A stretch of 64,000 bases of DNA from Mytilus trossulus (lineage: Eukaryota): NCBI RefSeq assembly GCF_036588685.1, contig NC_086378.1, forward strand, positions 17,856,001-17,920,000, written 5' to 3'. The notes beneath the pieces were generated by a model. The model had not been told where the DNA came from and searched no databases. It saw nothing but the letters and a program-made list of their open reading frames with translations. Below, in pieces: positions 39,363 to 64,000 of this stretch; position 1 is the first letter of the stretch, and each line of letters begins with the position of its first letter. The position numbers were made by a program, and so were the translations under genes.

Positions 39363-39971
39363 GTAGAGTGGGGGGCCCATTTTCGCCAGGGACACAATTT
39401 CGCCGTTTTATGATTTTGAGGTGTAAAAACTTCAAAGGATGGCTGAAATGTTAAAAATATGCCGATAAATTATAATTTTATAACAAATATGATTATTTTT
39501 AAACTTAAACGAAATAACGGCACTTACTACAAAAGATCGAAAAACGGACAACGATTTTCGGTCAATTTCCTGAATGAAAAACAGGATTTTCAAAGATTTT
39601 TATATTAGTAATGTTTTGCCTGATTGGCCAAAATTTCTTTTTTTTTACACCTTTGAAATTTCTGCTGTTAATCTATATTGAAATTTATTTGATAAATATT
39701 ATATAAAGCTGCAGTTATTTGGTTTTGAATAGATGTGTAAAAACGGCGAATATGTGTCCCCCATTGACAAAACTTCAGGAAATTTCAAACACCCTTTAAT
39801 CTAACTTTATAGATGATTATTTTCAAACTAACAGTCTTTCAAGCTTAGGAATGTCTAGTATTTGAAGTTAACTTCATATTGAAATATTAGTATACCTCAA
39901 AAACATAAAGACCTGAGCATAAACTGTAGAAAACATGGAAAGATATGGCGAAAATGAGCACCCCACTCTAC
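39363..39971. mobile_element. MITE
   Basis: TIRs GTAGAGTGGGGGGCCCATTTTCGCCA / TGGCGAAAATGAGCACCCCACTCTAC. Confidence 0.75.
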
Positions 39972-40686
39972 TACAAAATGAGAATCTGTATTTCTGGTTC
40001 TCTTATTTCCTGTACAAATATCTGTTTCAAATCATGATGCAGTCTCACTAATTAGTAATAAGAAGGATATTAGCGACAAGAAGATATAATTTAGCCACAT
40101 GAAATCTTAAGAAGACTATTTAGCAACAAGAAAGTTAAATTAATAAAAAAAGATTTATACTAAAAGTCAATATTTATACTAATAAAGCATGACATATTTT
40201 AGAAACTTAGATCTGATTGTTGCATTTATTTATCCTATGTATTTCAGCAAAAATTACATTTTTCCTGTTATATTATGAACTGTGTTTTAGAACAATTATA
40301 TATATATATACGAGTCTAAATTGAAAACTACGTTCAAACCTATGATTGCGTTGGATAAAAATCGCAATTTTTATAAGTGTGCATACATGTAAAACAAATT
40401 TCGTTGTAGAAGGGTCTAAAAACAGCACACGAACAACATTTTCCAAAAGACCAAAAAAGTGAAAAAGTATATTTAAACAAAATGCATTTGACTAACAGGT
40501 CGAACAACTGATGTTCTTTAACCCTGCTTACTGCCATTGGCAATTGCCAAATAAAATTGATCACAAGATGTAACAAAATGGATCTCAATCATTGTCAATA
40601 TAAATTTAGTACTTAATAGATTTTTTTGTTTAACTTGTGGCCACAATGTTATGCCACAAACATACAGTGTCAATATTTTTTTAGTT

Positions 40687-40728
40687 CACCAGATCCGGAT
40701 TTCGACAATAAATGTCTCTTCAGTAATG
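40687..40728 (-). ncRNA. Minimal type I hammerhead ribozyme motif
   Basis: Minus strand reads CAUUA-CUGAAGA-GACA(UUUAU)UGUC-GAAA-UCCGGA-UC|UGGUG: intact core, 4-bp stem II, palindromic stem III, AUC triplet and 5-bp stem I with two G-U pairs. Confidence 0.75.
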
Positions 40729-40758
40729 TAAGGGATCGAAACGTTATTTGGAAGGCAA

Positions 40759-41014
40759 CATACCTGCCAAGTTTTCAAAATGCCCATTGGGGTTTTGCGT
40801 GCATGACGGCTGTCATACTCCTGAAAAAATCTTCAAGGGGCCTTCAAATACAGTGTAATGTTGTTTTTTGGCTTCTTTGTACTTTTATAAGCCTCAATTC
40901 ATTGTAAAATTAATTGTTTTGTTAAAATTGTGGACATAATTGCTCTTTAAACATTTCAATTTGGGAGCCTCCATAGGGGAAATCCCCCACAAATAGTGCC
41001 AGTTGGCAGGTATG
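40759..41014 (+). mobile_element. Complete 256-bp MITE
   Basis: TIRs CATACCTGCCAA / TTGGCAGGTATG. Confidence 0.75.
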
Positions 41015-41488
41015 CATGGTATGAGGCCATATAAAAAGTACCCCCATTTGAAGAAAAAGTGCCCTCATTTTTAGATAAACTTGAATTTTAAGAGTCAATA
41101 TAAAATGAACGGATCATATAAACCGCAGGGAAAATATGATACAAGCCCAAACAAAAAAATATAAACAAGTCTAAATTGAAAACTACGTTCAAACCTATGA
41201 TTGCGTTGGATAAAAATCGCAATTTTTATATGTGTGCATGTAAAACAAATTTCGTTGTAGAAGGGTCTAAAAACAGCACAAACAACATTTTCCAAAAGAC
41301 CAAAAAAGTGAAAAAGTATATTTACACACTAGCATTTGACTAACAGGTCGAACAACTGATGTATATATATATTCATGTTATAATTTTTTAACACTCTTTG
41401 TCTAATATCATGAATATATATAATAAACTCACTGCATTCAAAATCACAGGCACTTGTCTCAGAAAAAAAAACTTTATTGTACCTTACC

Positions 41489-42258
41489 CAGGGATGATTC
41501 CACTATATAGTTTAGGGCCGCTTAGCGGCCCTCAATTCCTCCAGCGACCCCAAAAAATTGTGTGAAAATAAATTCCCAATTCAGAAAAAAAATATTTTAA
41601 AATTGATTTTTCCGGAAATGTTTCCTGCACTGATTAAGGCAATTACAATTTTTCCCATTCGTCTTCAAAGTGTTTTAAGATCTGAATAAGAATGATGTAA
41701 ACAAAAGATTGTTAAGATAAGATATGTTATCATATTGTTATTATGTGTTTTTCTGAGACGTTTCTCAATACCTTAGTTCTCGTAAAAGCAGACCTTTACA
41801 TGAAATATGCTTTTACTAGATCAAATACTCCCATAGCATTTTCTTCAATTAAATTGAAGAAAATGCTATGGGAGTATTTGATTTCGTAAAAGCATGTAGA
41901 TAATCATGATAATAGATGCTTTTTGTCAAAATGGATCACATAATAAAAGCAGACCTCGACAGGGAGAAAAACGTAAAAATTATCAAAATTCAATAGGCGC
42001 CGATTGCGTAAAGGTTCTGCCTGGCTCTCAAATAAAAAAAAACGACTGTCTGCGCATTTTTGAAAATACACGACAGATCATGATGAAAAAGGATATCCAC
42101 ACACTATGAAACAGGTGAAACTTGATACAATTTCCGTTTTTACAGTAAAATGATATTATTTCATCATAGATTTTATGTGGAAAAAAATCCCAATTTGATG
42201 AAAATTCCCAATTTTGATGGTCAAGGGAGCCATTTGAAAACAACTGGAATCATCCCTG
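41489..42258. mobile_element. Non-autonomous hAT-like element with 6-bp TSD and central palindrome
   Basis: TIRs CAGGGATGATTCCA / TGGAATCATCCCTG; CTTACC on both flanks. Confidence 0.75.
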
Positions 42259-43078
42259 CTTACCGGTAATTTAACACTTGTTATATTACAATGTGTTAAG
42301 GTATAGACTAGAAGATTGTTTTTCCTGAGACAAGTGCATGTGTGCAAAATGCATTATTTGTAAATCAATGTATAGTTAGTTTAATATATTTATTTGGAAT
42401 AAGTAGTTTTAATAAAAAAAAAAAATCTTGTTGCTTAATAGTCTTCTTGATGATTCTTGACGCTTCTTGATGCTTCTTGTCGCTAATTAGTGAGAGCCTA
42501 ATGATGTATTGTTTTATGTGTACATTTCATGCTGCCCATCCAGGGCCCTTGATTGGAATAATAAATAGTCTTATTTTTAGACATGGTAGTTTCGTTCTAA
42601 TATATTGGATTCATATATACCATGTATATTGTTGTTAGATGTGTTTTGTATTTACAACTTCCAATGTAACAGAATATAGGTATGGGTTTTGCTCATTGTT
42701 GAAGGCTGTAAGGTGACCTATAGTTGTTAATGTATGTGTCATTTTGGTCTCTTGTGAACAGTTGTCTCATTGGCAATCATACCTCATCTTACATAAATTT
42801 ATACTTGTAGTACTACAAATTTTTGAAAAGTTGATGTATTACTCATATAACCTACATTTTTATGATTGAATGACTTGAATTGAATATTGCATTGCACATA
42901 CAAATTTTGAACTCAATTCATCAATTTCAGACATTTAATTGTCTGAATACTATACAGGCTATATAAGTCTCATTTGTAGCGATGAAAATTAATGTCTTTT
43001 ATGTCTATTTGTAGAGTGTTTTTATTGAATATGCCAGAAACCCATCAGTAGAGTTTATACTTACACATACGACTTGCC

Positions 43079-64000
<20,922 letters not shown>

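Larger units (their letters stand above)
40311..41362 (-). mobile_element. Hammerhead-bearing non-autonomous retroelement (Penelope-like-derived / retrozyme-like) in (TA)n
   Basis: ~200-bp direct terminal repeats (40313-40514 and 41168-41362), (TA)n on both flanks, an internal hammerhead, and no real ORF. Interrupted by a MITE at 40759-41014. Confidence 0.6.

Overview
AT-rich animal genomic DNA with GT-AG introns. The repeat content resembles a Mytilus-like bivalve mollusc (inference). I built four protein-coding gene models by hand, checking exon phases: two tandem paralogous tetraspanins (+, 6 coding exons each), a parvin with only one coding intron (-), and a DPP8/DPP9-family dipeptidyl peptidase (+, 19 coding exons, running off the window end). 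The rest is dense with non-autonomous mobile DNA: Helentron/DINE-1-like elements, MITEs, nested hAT elements, and LINE and Penelope-like relics. The strongest signal is in DPP9, where the splice acceptor plus the first 23 codons of one catalytic-domain exon occur as 12 tandem 92-bp copies. Only the last copy is productive, every junction is AG|GT, and the copies differ almost only by synonymous changes. Two intronic elements carry hammerhead-ribozyme motifs: a terminally redundant element inserted in (TA)n, and a ~280-bp foldback.
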